Assembly (NCBI GenBank): GCA_964406665.1 | Contig: CAYOSQ010000010.1 | Coordinates: 2,870 to 66,869, forward strand | Direction of reading: 5' to 3' | DNA: 64,000 nucleotides | From: an uncultured Planctomycetia bacterium | GTDB lineage: Bacteria; Omnitrophota; Gorgyraeia; VGKH01; JBHPFN01 | Shown here: positions 1 to 10,174 of the stretch, one piece after another | How the letters are laid out: each line of letters starts with the position of its first letter | How positions within the stretch are numbered: the stretch's first letter is position 1 | Made by a program: the position numbers and the translations under genes | The notes under the pieces: generated by a model | What the model was told of the DNA's origin: nothing | The model's input: the letters and a program-made list of their open reading frames with translations, nothing else | Databases searched by the model: none

Positions 1-844
1 TGAATGGAAGCGACAATTTCTTGAAAGTCAACTTTCTAAATGGTACTTTGTCAAAACATAAGCCGCCATAAATAATATCATGAAAATTATTCATTAAATT
101 TAATGTTTCAATCAATGTTTTGTACCATCTGAATTTTTTTGCCTGTTTAAAAATTGCATCAAAATTAACAGCAGGAATAAGATTAAACAGATATATTAGC
201 TCTGAAAAAGTCATGTGCAGCGGTTCAAAATTCATATGGGCAAGATGGATTAAGAAATCAGCACTCGCATTTGGAATTACAATCTCTTTTCCAAAGAAAA
301 TTACTTTTCTCGGGTTAGAAATGATAAAATCCTCATTCATAAAATAGGTCCAAGCCCAAGTAATAGAACTTTGTAGATGAATCTTTGCCTGATCTTGCTT
401 TAACAAACCAACCGACTTTTCTTTTTTATCGTAGTTTTCAATTTCGTATCCCATAGAAACAAAAGAAGACATCGCAGAATCAAAATCATTTACCAAAACA
501 TCTATATCGCTAGGGATTCTTTCAAAGCCTCTATATGTTTTAAAAATTATACCCTCATTAACATGTTCATTTATCTCATCAATGCTTTTGCGCATTGCAG
601 TTATTTTTAATTTAGCGTCAGAAATTATTTTCTCAAATCTGTCTTTTTTGGCAAAAGATGATTCTGCCTTGGCAGAAATCTTTTTCATAACATAAAATAA
701 AATATTATTGCGTGAAGCACTATCAACAAATTTATCAACATCTACTTCAGAAATATCAATATCACTCGCTGAAGATTTTCTATATAAATCTTCAGTAAGC
801 TTTACAATTAACTGTGTTTCTTTATTTAGCTTATTCACAATCAT
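1..844 (-). CDS. Nucleotidyltransferase family protein (NTP_transf_5-like), 3' end runs off the window
   Basis: Not in the ORF track. Manual translation from ATG at 844 (3 nt after the stop of the GT2) is open to base 1: MIVNKLNKETQLIVKL...GIIFKTYRGFERIPSDIDVLV...MGYE...KIHLQ...IVIPNASADFLIHLAH. The R-x2-SDIDVLV motif and later P-x4-D-x-L-x-H pattern fit the pol-beta-like NTP_transf_5 family. Confidence 0.75.
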   Translation of the reverse strand, partial: MIVNKLNKETQLIVKLTEDLYRKSSASDIDISEVDVDKFVDSASRNNILFYVMKKISAKAESSFAKKDRFEKIISDAKLKITAMRKSIDEINEHVNEGIIFKTYRGFERIPSDIDVLVNDFDSAMSSFVSMGYEIENYDKKEKSVGLLKQDQAKIHLQSSITWAWTYFMNEDFIISNPRKVIFFGKEIVIPNASADFLIHLAHMNFEPLHMTFSELIYLFNLIPAVNFDAIFKQAKKFRWYKTLIETLNLMNNFHDIIYGGLCFDKVPFRKLTFKKLSLPF

Positions 845-847
845 TTT

Positions 848-1822
848 CTATTCAAAAAACCCTATGTTCTTATTTTGCTTTATTAATTTTTTGTAAGAAT
901 CAACTTGCCTAGAAATCTTAAGGCCATCTTTTATACCTTTCAACATTGTAGAGATTTTTTTGGGATAAGTATTTTTATTGTATAAATTCTTAATAAGGTT
1001 TACACAAAATGGTATCATGACAGCAAACAGTTTTGATATAAAATACTGAAAGATATTCTTACTCCAAAGAGCCTGAGCAATAATAATACTTCTAGTACCA
1101 TAATAATAAATTTCATATTTATTTGCTAGAGACCCTGTAGATCTATCGTGCCAAACTTCTGCTGAAGGTAAACAAAAATTCTTATAACCTAAAAATCTTA
1201 ATCTCATACAGAAATCTAGCTCTTCATGAAAAAATGGAAATAATTCTGAATTAAAATACCCTGCTTGTTGAATAACTTTTTTTCGTATCATAAAACTAGT
1301 CAACAAACAATCGCACTCAATTATACTTTCCCTTATCTCTACGGCTTGCCTACCCTTATAAGGAAAAGCAGCTATACCGGTCCAAATATTCATTCTTGCT
1401 CCAGCAGACCAAACTTTACCATGGTCATTATGTTCACATATCAAAGGACCTAAAGCTCCCGTGTTTCTGTTTTCTTGGAAATATTTAACTAGCTCAGGCA
1501 AAGTATCACTATCTAAATATACGTCATCATCGACAAAAAATATATACTCCCCCTTCGATTGCTTAATTCCTCTATTGCGTGATTTAGAAACAAGCTCTGA
1601 TTTGCTATTTCCTAATAGCATAAGATTGTTATAATTTCCGTACTTATCTTTTACTACTTCTGAGGTATTATCAGTAGAGGCATCGTCAATGATAATAATT
1701 TCCATCCTGCTCTTATCATAATAAGACTTTTCAATTGAGCTTATCAGGCGAAGCAACTTCTCTACCCTGTTGTGAGTTGGAATAATAAAACTAATGAAAG
1801 GTAATGTTTTAACAGTTTCCAT
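848..1822 (-). CDS. Glycosyltransferase family 2
   Basis: ISFIIPTHNR, IIIIDDASTD, SRNRG, FFVDDD (DxD), HEELDFCMR. Confidence 0.92.
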   Translation of the reverse strand: METVKTLPFISFIIPTHNRVEKLLRLISSIEKSYYDKSRMEIIIIDDASTDNTSEVVKDKYGNYNNLMLLGNSKSELVSKSRNRGIKQSKGEYIFFVDDDVYLDSDTLPELVKYFQENRNTGALGPLICEHNDHGKVWSAGARMNIWTGIAAFPYKGRQAVEIRESIIECDCLLTSFMIRKKVIQQAGYFNSELFPFFHEELDFCMRLRFLGYKNFCLPSAEVWHDRSTGSLANKYEIYYYGTRSIIIAQALWSKNIFQYFISKLFAVMIPFCVNLIKNLYNKNTYPKKISTMLKGIKDGLKISRQVDSYKKLIKQNKNIGFFE

Positions 1823-1823
1823 A

Positions 1824-3056
1824 TTACTTTGACATCTTCTCTAAAGTATTACTATAAATATTCTCCCAAGAATGTTTTCTTGCTTTATCTATTACTTTTA
1901 ATCTGATACTCTTAAATAATATTTTATCTTTTAAAAGAGTTAAACAATGTTCAGCAATATTTTTTGCATCAAAATCTACCACGAATCCTAAGTTTTCTTT
2001 ATTAATCTCCTCAGAAAGAGGAACTGCGCTTGTAGTTATAACGGGTAAACCACAAGCAATATAATTTCTTATTTTGATGACATCGCTGTAAAGTTTTTTG
2101 GAAAAGGGAACCGGCTTATATGGAGCAACAGCAACATGAGATTTAACCAACAGTTTATCTACCTCCTCTTGATTATTAAAATGACCGGCGATAATTACAT
2201 TATTTAATCCGTATTCATTAATTTTTTGTTGCATTTCTTCAAAACAATCTCCGTCACCAACGATGACTAACTTAAAATCTCCAGAGCTTTTGGCTATCTC
2301 TCTAGCAATATCAGGTAGCAACATTGCACCATTTTCTTCTGATATATATCCTGAGTAAACAATTGTATTTGGATTCTCAGCAATTTCATCATTTACCAAA
2401 TTTTCTCTAAATGGCATCCCATAAGGAACGGTAATTTGCCTGCCCATTCTTCTTTCACTAAACTTTAAATTCTGAATTCGTGCATTAGCAATACTATTTG
2501 AAATATTCCAAATATAATTAGAATGATAACAAGCAAACTTATCGAAAAATAAATATATCGAATTAAAAATAGGATTTAAAAACCACTTTATTGACCAATC
2601 AAAGATATAATAAACGACATTCTCGATCTTAAGATAGTTTCTAACCCAGCTCCCAGCAACCGCATTTACTGATTCAACTCCAAAATAAATACATATTGGT
2701 TCATCCTTTACAAAACGTCTGATAATTTTTGAAAAATACAATACGCTGACAAAATCTCTTATCTTAAGCCTCAAAGAAGTTTTGTTCATTCTTAACCTAA
2801 CTGGAATATTGAAAATAAAGTTATTAAAATAAAATTTTTCTTTTAAGACACCATTTTTATATATAAATAAAAATGGCGATAAAGAATCTTTCACATATGG
2901 CGGAGGTTGACCGATTAAGAAAAAATAATTAATCTTTTTAGAAAAATAATTAAGCAAAGGAAGCGTTGGTCCACTTCTTAGATTAAACTCACCATCTACA
3001 AGATGTGCGTGAGTAGCCAGAATCACATTTTTATCTTTAAGATTTTCTATATCCAT
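1824..3056 (-). CDS. Glycosyltransferase family 4 (GT-B)
   Basis: IVYSGYISEENG, LVIVGDG, KIRNYIACGLPVITT, C-terminal HSWENI. Confidence 0.85.
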   Translation of the reverse strand: MDIENLKDKNVILATHAHLVDGEFNLRSGPTLPLLNYFSKKINYFFLIGQPPPYVKDSLSPFLFIYKNGVLKEKFYFNNFIFNIPVRLRMNKTSLRLKIRDFVSVLYFSKIIRRFVKDEPICIYFGVESVNAVAGSWVRNYLKIENVVYYIFDWSIKWFLNPIFNSIYLFFDKFACYHSNYIWNISNSIANARIQNLKFSERRMGRQITVPYGMPFRENLVNDEIAENPNTIVYSGYISEENGAMLLPDIAREIAKSSGDFKLVIVGDGDCFEEMQQKINEYGLNNVIIAGHFNNQEEVDKLLVKSHVAVAPYKPVPFSKKLYSDVIKIRNYIACGLPVITTSAVPLSEEINKENLGFVVDFDAKNIAEHCLTLLKDKILFKSIRLKVIDKARKHSWENIYSNTLEKMSK

Positions 3057-4015
3057 AACTTATGATGCAATTTAATGCTTTCTATGCTTTTATCAGTGCT
3101 TGATGAACGCAATATGTAGAACTTTGTCTTTTTAAATAAAGACAATAAGATTTCTCTCTGAGCTTTCTGTGTCCCTAAAAATGAATATCCGTCTTCCACA
3201 TAAGGAACGAATGACAATAATCTTTCATTAAAATAAGGAACTATTTTATTATTGATTACACATAATTTTTCAACACCTATTTCTGCATTAACTTCCTCAA
3301 TACAATTTGATGAAGACTGCTCTAGAAAATAAACATCAGGATACCCTTTAAATTTTTCTGAAATTCTGTCTTTATATTCTTCAGCCGGATCCAAGAATTT
3401 ATGAATACTCACTGATGCTAAATTATACTTTCTTATTTTTATCATTGAAGGAAAATTATAAATTTGGTCTCCAGAAATAATCATTAAATCATCACAGATA
3501 AACTGGCAGTCAGTATTATCCATCAACGAAAGAATAGTTGTGGTCTTACCAGAACCATAAGTACCCGTTAAAATAATTCCCTTGTCTTTTGAAACCACCA
3601 TTCCACCAGCAACAAACATACATTTTTTAGCCAAAAGCTTCATCTGCATAATCATCTTAACTAAGGGTTCTAGTTGATAAACAGATGAAACTGGGACTTT
3701 AAAAACATGTTGGGAAATAAATTTATATGAACTACTAAATTCAAATTGCGTATTTTCCTGTAAAAGATTCTTAATTGACCAAGAAACTCTCAATCCTAGA
3801 ATATTCAAGTTCGAAACAATCTCGTTAGCATCCTTAGAATAATAGAGTCCATGAGCAATCTGTTGAAACTTAGATTTATCAATACGCTTATAGGGAACTT
3901 CTTTTATTATTAAATTATATTTACTCAAATCTTCTTCTTTTCTGAAATAATTTAGACGCAAATCAATATCCGATTTTACTGTTAAAAAGTTATGAATATT
4001 ATAAATATAGCTCAT
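3047..4015 (-). CDS. HPr kinase-related P-loop protein
   Basis: Walker A GTYGSGKTT followed by FICDDLMII...NFP, the DD signature of the HPrK/PEPCK-like fold. Confidence 0.7.
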   Translation of the reverse strand: MSYIYNIHNFLTVKSDIDLRLNYFRKEEDLSKYNLIIKEVPYKRIDKSKFQQIAHGLYYSKDANEIVSNLNILGLRVSWSIKNLLQENTQFEFSSSYKFISQHVFKVPVSSVYQLEPLVKMIMQMKLLAKKCMFVAGGMVVSKDKGIILTGTYGSGKTTTILSLMDNTDCQFICDDLMIISGDQIYNFPSMIKIRKYNLASVSIHKFLDPAEEYKDRISEKFKGYPDVYFLEQSSSNCIEEVNAEIGVEKLCVINNKIVPYFNERLLSFVPYVEDGYSFLGTQKAQREILLSLFKKTKFYILRSSSTDKSIESIKLHHKLWI

Positions 4016-4025
4016 TGACTTCCTT

Positions 4026-5525
4026 TCATAAATGTATCAATGCCCTAATCGGCTCTAAAACTGTACTCCAGCCATAATTTTTCAGCAGCAAAAAATTTCT
4101 TTTCATAAATCTTAATAGCCATACAGGATCAATAACTTTATGAAGAACCATAGATTTTATTGCTTTTTTCCGAAATGCCTCGATTTCATCTGCCTTTAGC
4201 CCTTCTCCATCAAAGGCGCAGGTTAAAGTACCATCAAACGCATCCCAATCTTCTTTCTTAAGACTGCCACGCTCAATTAATTTTTTATAATATCTCGTTC
4301 CAGGAAAAGGTGTGGTAATCGAAGTCTGAGCAGTATCAAACTTTATTCTATTAGCAAGTCGTAAGGTTTCTTCCATGGTTTCTTTAGTTTCACCATCAAG
4401 CCCAAATGAAAAGGTTGCATGAGTTAATATTCCATACTTCCTGCACCAATTAGCTACATCAACCGCCTTTTCAGGATTAAGCGGCTTTCCAATATTCTTT
4501 AAAATCTGTTTATTGCCGCTTTCCACCCCAAACTTCATAAATATACATCCAGCTTCTGCCATAGATTTTATCATCTCTTCATCACAAGCCATGGCATCAC
4601 CCATGCAAGACCATTTAATCTTAAGGCCTCTTTTATTTATTTCATTACAAATTTCTAAAACATGATTCTTATTAATGCAAAAATCGTCATCATCAAAATA
4701 TATCTCTTTAGCGCCATAATTTTTTATTACGTGCTCCATTTCATCAACAACACGCTTTGGTTCAAACATCCTGTAGGGGCCGTTGTCATACATAATTTGA
4801 TTCCACATACAAAAATCACATTGAAAAGGACATCCTCTTGAAGAATGCAATGTCACTGCAGGCCAATATGTACAAATTCCATCGCGATAAATTGCAAGAT
4901 CCGGGCCATCGTTTATAGGAAACAAATCAAAAGCAGGGTATGGTAAAGAATTAATATCTACAATAAATCCTTTTTTCTCAGAAACCCAAACTTCTTTTGT
5001 TGTCCTATAGCCTAAACCTTGAAGCTTCAAATCTTTTTTATTTGATTGAAGCCTTTTAACCAATTCTAGAACAGTAAATTCATATTCACCTAAAGCAACA
5101 AAGTCTATAAAATCGTTAGCTGAAATCAATTCACTGGCAAATTCGGTAGCATGTGCCCCAGAAAGCAATATATAAGAATTTGGCAATGCATCTTTTATCT
5201 TTTTACAAAGTGATAAATCATGATTTATTGCATGCGTTGCAGTTTCAATAACAATTAGATCAGGAGATACTTCTTTTACTCTATTTAAAAAATCATCCTC
5301 CTGCATATCTAAGGCAACGCCGTCAATCACAGAAACACCAAAACCAGCATCTCGTAAAATATTTGCAGCATATGCAAGAAAGAATGGAAAAAAACAATTA
5401 GTGTTCTTGTCTTTTTTATTCTTTACACAGGACCACGGCCAACGACTACCAGCTTTAATAAAATAGCGTTCTCGCTTCTTGTCAATTGATACTCTTGTAG
5501 CTGGATTAGTCAATAATATTTTCAT
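4026..5525 (-). CDS. Cobalamin-binding-domain radical SAM protein (HpnJ-like N-terminus)
   Basis: KAGSRWP...FPFFLAYAA, GAHAT, GEYE, SSRGCPFQCDFCMWNQ, FGVESG, PFPGT. Confidence 0.9.
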   Translation of the reverse strand: MKILLTNPATRVSIDKKRERYFIKAGSRWPWSCVKNKKDKNTNCFFPFFLAYAANILRDAGFGVSVIDGVALDMQEDDFLNRVKEVSPDLIVIETATHAINHDLSLCKKIKDALPNSYILLSGAHATEFASELISANDFIDFVALGEYEFTVLELVKRLQSNKKDLKLQGLGYRTTKEVWVSEKKGFIVDINSLPYPAFDLFPINDGPDLAIYRDGICTYWPAVTLHSSRGCPFQCDFCMWNQIMYDNGPYRMFEPKRVVDEMEHVIKNYGAKEIYFDDDDFCINKNHVLEICNEINKRGLKIKWSCMGDAMACDEEMIKSMAEAGCIFMKFGVESGNKQILKNIGKPLNPEKAVDVANWCRKYGILTHATFSFGLDGETKETMEETLRLANRIKFDTAQTSITTPFPGTRYYKKLIERGSLKKEDWDAFDGTLTCAFDGEGLKADEIEAFRKKAIKSMVLHKVIDPVWLLRFMKRNFLLLKNYGWSTVLEPIRALIHL

Positions 5526-5538
5526 ATACGATTTACTC

Positions 5539-7257
5539 TTATTTGATGTTCGGATCTAGTGATTCAGCTATAACCTGATAAACTTCAATATCATCGAATT
5601 TCCTAACAAATCTTAAGCCATTATTAACGGAAATTCCTTCAATCTTCTTTCCTTCTTCAATGTCATCATTATCTTTATACCATTTAACATTAAGCAAAAC
5701 AAAATCAGCTCCTAACCAACTTAAAATACCTGCAGAATCTTCATCTCCTAAATTCTCTATTTTGTGCAGTATTTTATTTGCCCTACTTCCCGGGACAGTT
5801 CCATTAACCATCCTTTTCTGATGAATTGTTTGATAAAAATTATACTTTGCATTTTGCCCATCTAAGTCCAGTGGATATTGAGCGATAACTATTTCTTCTG
5901 GTTGAACCTTAACCCAATCGTAAACCTTAGGATACTGAGTAAGATCAATAACTTTAGAAGGTGGATAATTCATGAATTCGAAAAGGACTAATAAAACAAA
6001 TAAAATAGTTGTAGAAATTTTCAGCTTATCAGCCTTCAATCTTTCTAAAATAAACTTCATCCCAAACCCTACCAACATTGCAAGAGAAAACATTACAACT
6101 ACTCCAAAGCGACAATATGCTCTAAACATTGGCAGTATTTTATACATAAAATAACTTGGCATAAAAATTCTAAACGGCCCCCATCTCCACCAAGGAGGTT
6201 GAGAAAAAAACCAAGCTGCAATACTTAAAATAACAAAAAAACCAATATAAAATCTTTCCTGTTCAGAAAAGCCTTGTTTTTTCTTCCATAAACTAAAAGT
6301 CAAAACCCCTAAAACCAATGGAACCCATCCTAAATACAGTGCGTGTTCAATTAAGCTCTTCCCATAAAAAGAAGAACCGGCAAATTTCTCAGTAAAAGAC
6401 CCAAATAAAGGATGATAAACAGTTGGCAAAAAGTAACTAAGAGGCCTTGCAGCCTGATTAAATAAATCATCAAAAGGACGATGATAAGGATTAAACGCCG
6501 AAGGAGAACTTCCAACATGAGAACCTGACGCAGAAACTATCTGTAAAATTTGAGGAATTAAAATAACAAAAGCTACTGATAGAAGAACAACCATACCACC
6601 TAAATACCTCTTATTTATCTTCCAATTCCCCATAAGATAAACAAGAAATATGCCCATTATAAAAGCAGAATAATAAGCAACGCCAAAATTAATCGAAGAG
6701 AAAGCAAAACAGGCAACAAAAATTACTTTCAAATAAAGTTTATTTTCTTCTCTTAGTCGAAACCCACTCCATAACAAAAAAGGTATAGGCCATAAAAATG
6801 TTTCAGCCATAAGTTGCCAAGAGTGAACAATAATATAAGGACAAAAACCAAAAGTTATTCCGGCAACAATACTACTTAATTTATTCTTAGTAATATAATT
6901 AGCTAATAAATAAGTAAAAAAAGCAGTTAAAAAAATACTTCCTACAATTTGAATGTTGTAAGTAGCGATTGGAGAAAAAACAAGCGACAAAATAAAATTG
7001 GTAAATGTAAAAATAAAATTTATTGGTCTATTAGCATAAACATCAACACCAAAAGGATATCCCCAGAAAAAAGTGCTCTCTGCAGATATATTATTAGCAA
7101 AAGAAAACTTCAGCCACCAGGCACCCCAAATCGAAGAAAAAGGTTCATTACTAATAGAGCAACCAGCTATATGACTATTCATATTAAAGGCTAAAGGAAA
7201 AGTCACAATAGAAGTTAAAATCAAAAATAATAATATTATTAGTACATAGCGCTTCAT
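5539..7257 (-). CDS. Polytopic membrane protein, probable GT-C-fold glycosyltransferase (YfhO-like)
   Basis: Many TM helices; YPFG, TYN...FFTYLLA...AGITFGFCPY, LYLGW, FRAYCRF, YQTIHQKRMVNG; C-terminal extracytoplasmic domain. Confidence 0.7.
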   Translation of the reverse strand: MKRYVLIILLFLILTSIVTFPLAFNMNSHIAGCSISNEPFSSIWGAWWLKFSFANNISAESTFFWGYPFGVDVYANRPINFIFTFTNFILSLVFSPIATYNIQIVGSIFLTAFFTYLLANYITKNKLSSIVAGITFGFCPYIIVHSWQLMAETFLWPIPFLLWSGFRLREENKLYLKVIFVACFAFSSINFGVAYYSAFIMGIFLVYLMGNWKINKRYLGGMVVLLSVAFVILIPQILQIVSASGSHVGSSPSAFNPYHRPFDDLFNQAARPLSYFLPTVYHPLFGSFTEKFAGSSFYGKSLIEHALYLGWVPLVLGVLTFSLWKKKQGFSEQERFYIGFFVILSIAAWFFSQPPWWRWGPFRIFMPSYFMYKILPMFRAYCRFGVVVMFSLAMLVGFGMKFILERLKADKLKISTTILFVLLVLFEFMNYPPSKVIDLTQYPKVYDWVKVQPEEIVIAQYPLDLDGQNAKYNFYQTIHQKRMVNGTVPGSRANKILHKIENLGDEDSAGILSWLGADFVLLNVKWYKDNDDIEEGKKIEGISVNNGLRFVRKFDDIEVYQVIAESLDPNIK

Positions 7258-8321
7258 TGCTCGCTATTCCTCTCCTCTTTGACAAACTCAACAAACCTAA
7301 CCCCTATGCCGATTAATAAACAAAAATAAGCAACATTAGCAACTTGAACAGCAATAAAATCTAAGTTAAGTAAAAGTAATAATGCGGACAGCAAAAGAGA
7401 AACGATAAAGACAGAAAGACACTTTTCGAAAAGTTTTCTTGAATAAAACCACAGAGCTACAAAAATAATAATCTTATAGATCCTGGGAACATTAAATCTC
7501 CCAAGCAATGCCTCTCTTTCTTGACTATTCTCAAGTTTCTGCCGAATAAGCTTCTTTCCATTTTTTTTGAAAATTCTATACCAAATTACCACTTTGCTGT
7601 TTATTTCTCTCAATATAAATACGCTAAAAAGAAAAAATTGTGTCATACCTATTACAGATATACATAAAACAGAAAAATATCCTATGGAAATGACAACATG
7701 ATGTGGAGAGAATATTGAAAAAATATAAATCAATAACTCTAATAAAATACACATTGCAAGAGAACAAAAATATATAGATTTAATTTTTTTAAAGGAAAAT
7801 TGTAAATATTCTTTATTGAAATGTAAAATTAGTATCCAACTACCCAAAAATAAGCAAAGAACTATCACAACAATTGAAATTAATCGGATGACACCCAAGT
7901 GTCTCTTTTCAAAAATTGGGGATGAATCAAATAAAATATAAGCCCTTCCCGATTCTAGTTTGCCGTAATAGTTTCTAATTTTAATACTATAGTCACTTGC
8001 GCTGATAATATTTAAATAATTACTTCTTTTTTTAATATTTTCTGAAGACAACTCAAAATAAAGCTCCTTGCTTTCACCCCTATCTCGAGAATGAAAAGAC
8101 GATATTGGTTCATTATTAAAATAAACTGCTTCGGGCCATTCAAGTCCCCATATTTTCAACAAATAAGTATCCTTTTCAGGAAAATTAAGATTAACTCTCT
8201 TAACATCAAAATACTTTTCGTCAAAATCTTCAAATTTACCAATTACAATATTGCTTTGAAAAAACGTAAAAGTTAAGCTGAAAACTATAATTAGAAACAA
8301 TATTTTCTTCTGCACTAACAT
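7254..8321 (-). CDS. Hypothetical membrane protein (N-terminal anchor, soluble domain, about 5 C-terminal TM helices)
   Basis: 355-aa ORF overlapping both neighbours by a few bases; hydrophobicity pattern; no family recognised. Confidence 0.6.
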   Translation of the reverse strand: MLVQKKILFLIIVFSLTFTFFQSNIVIGKFEDFDEKYFDVKRVNLNFPEKDTYLLKIWGLEWPEAVYFNNEPISSFHSRDRGESKELYFELSSENIKKRSNYLNIISASDYSIKIRNYYGKLESGRAYILFDSSPIFEKRHLGVIRLISIVVIVLCLFLGSWILILHFNKEYLQFSFKKIKSIYFCSLAMCILLELLIYIFSIFSPHHVVISIGYFSVLCISVIGMTQFFLFSVFILREINSKVVIWYRIFKKNGKKLIRQKLENSQEREALLGRFNVPRIYKIIIFVALWFYSRKLFEKCLSVFIVSLLLSALLLLLNLDFIAVQVANVAYFCLLIGIGVRFVEFVKEERNSEQ

Positions 8322-10174
8322 CTTTTCACCTTTTTATACACGAACCTCATTAACAAATACACTAGACTCACAACGAGTGCAACAATGGAAATTATAAAAC
8401 CAATGTAAAAATAACTTTGGGGAGAAAAATAAATCACTAGATTAAAATCTTTCTTTTCTCCTAGGCTAATCGGCTCCAAATACCATCCATTGGCATATCC
8501 ATTAACTTTATAATGAGGAGCGCTTATTTGCTTTCTGAATAAATAAGCAATATCTTGAAAAACAAATTTCAAAAACTGCTTAATCTCTTCCGAATGCAAA
8601 GAATTAGAATATCTTTGGGAAATCATTGCAGTTTCCGACAGATTTGAAGCATTATTTTGATAAGAATATAATCGCCATTGTTGATGAAAGCGCTCACCAA
8701 ACACTAACCAAAAAGGTTCAGTCGCTCCCCTAATTTTAACCAAATATTTAGTAGGGTTTATTCTTTTAAGAGAAATTTTTGCTCCATTGCTAATTATATT
8801 TTCTTTATTTTTTGAGAAACATTTAAAAGCAACAGAGTCGACATCAAATGTCTGATTCTCAAACTTTTTGAAAGTATGCTCTCCTTTGGATAACTCAATC
8901 TTCTTAGAAAGCTTATTTACTTCAAAAAGCTCATGTTTTTTAGGTTCGTTGAAATCATCAAGATAAAACATACTTCCATCAATTTCTATCAAAGGAAAAT
9001 TAATGTTTTTGACTAAAGAAAGAAATCTTTCTTTTTGATCTTTTGATAATAAAGGATATGCAAACTTAGTAAATAATTTCAATTTACTGATTCCGAGATT
9101 AAATCCATAATCTACAGGGTATCTAAAAGAAACAATCAAAAACTTTAAATCATTAATATTAGAAATAAGCTTAGGAATATCAAGTTCAATATATCCCGGA
9201 TCTCTTGTGTATTTCTCGGGCGAAAGTATAATAGTTTTATCAGAAAAGTCCCCTTTAACAACAATAGCCAAATCTATTTTTTGGACTTCAGGATTAGTTA
9301 AAGTATACTCAAAAGAAAATAGAGGAAAGTTTTTAACATCTTTATCTACTAAACTAATATAAACCTTTGTTCCTAAAAAACCACCTGGCTTAATGGTAAT
9401 GTCATCTTTCTTCTCAGTTACTTGACTATTTATTTCTTCATCTTCAAAAAATAAATCTTTCTTATGAAAAGTATTTTTTTCTAATATTAAAGAACGTTTG
9501 CTGTAAAAACTAATTTTTTCCAAGCTCGGGTTAGATTTTTGTCTTAGTTCATCGTTTTCAGGAATATTCTGTATCAAAAAAATTACCTCTCTAAGAATAT
9601 AGCTTTCAATTTTCCTCAAGTCTCTTCCTTCTTCTATAGCCATTTGCAGAATATCGACCTCACCAAAATCATCAATTCTTATATACCTATCTATTTTTTT
9701 ATCTCCAAGATAATCTATACCTAAAAAACAAGATACATATCCTCCGATAAATTCTTCTCCGAAAGAAAAGAAGGGAAATTCTTCAATATTTATCTCAACA
9801 TTGCGGCTTAACACTCCCGCTTTTCCATCCGGTAAATAAATTTCCAAACTATCTTTTGCTGGAATTAAAAACTCACCCTCTTCAGAAAATTCAGTAGTTT
9901 TTAATTGATTTATAATCTGATCATTGCTAAAGAAATAAGGATATAATTCTACGAATTCACTCAGGCGAGTAGTGCGAAAGCACCAATTAGGCAAATCATC
10001 ATCCCAGTTGAGAAATTTCTCTGCCCTCCAATATGTTTTAATCTCAGCTACTTTTGGAGTTAGTTTCAATTTTAGCTCATGTGCTTCTACACAATAAGAA
10101 AACAGTGTTAAAATTAAAACGCTAACAAATAAAATTATTACTTTTTTGTAAATCATTTTAAATATTTTCATCAT
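8315..10174 (-). CDS. Exported, C-terminally anchored protein resembling the C-terminal part of AftD/DUF3367/YfhO-like proteins
   Basis: Signal peptide (..YCVEA); C-terminal INPTKYLVKI..EPFWLVFGERFHQQW...HYKVNGYANGWYL...IYFSPQSYFYIG followed by a TM helix. Confidence 0.6.
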   Translation of the reverse strand: MMKIFKMIYKKVIILFVSVLILTLFSYCVEAHELKLKLTPKVAEIKTYWRAEKFLNWDDDLPNWCFRTTRLSEFVELYPYFFSNDQIINQLKTTEFSEEGEFLIPAKDSLEIYLPDGKAGVLSRNVEINIEEFPFFSFGEEFIGGYVSCFLGIDYLGDKKIDRYIRIDDFGEVDILQMAIEEGRDLRKIESYILREVIFLIQNIPENDELRQKSNPSLEKISFYSKRSLILEKNTFHKKDLFFEDEEINSQVTEKKDDITIKPGGFLGTKVYISLVDKDVKNFPLFSFEYTLTNPEVQKIDLAIVVKGDFSDKTIILSPEKYTRDPGYIELDIPKLISNINDLKFLIVSFRYPVDYGFNLGISKLKLFTKFAYPLLSKDQKERFLSLVKNINFPLIEIDGSMFYLDDFNEPKKHELFEVNKLSKKIELSKGEHTFKKFENQTFDVDSVAFKCFSKNKENIISNGAKISLKRINPTKYLVKIRGATEPFWLVFGERFHQQWRLYSYQNNASNLSETAMISQRYSNSLHSEEIKQFLKFVFQDIAYLFRKQISAPHYKVNGYANGWYLEPISLGEKKDFNLVIYFSPQSYFYIGFIISIVALVVSLVYLLMRFVYKKVKRC

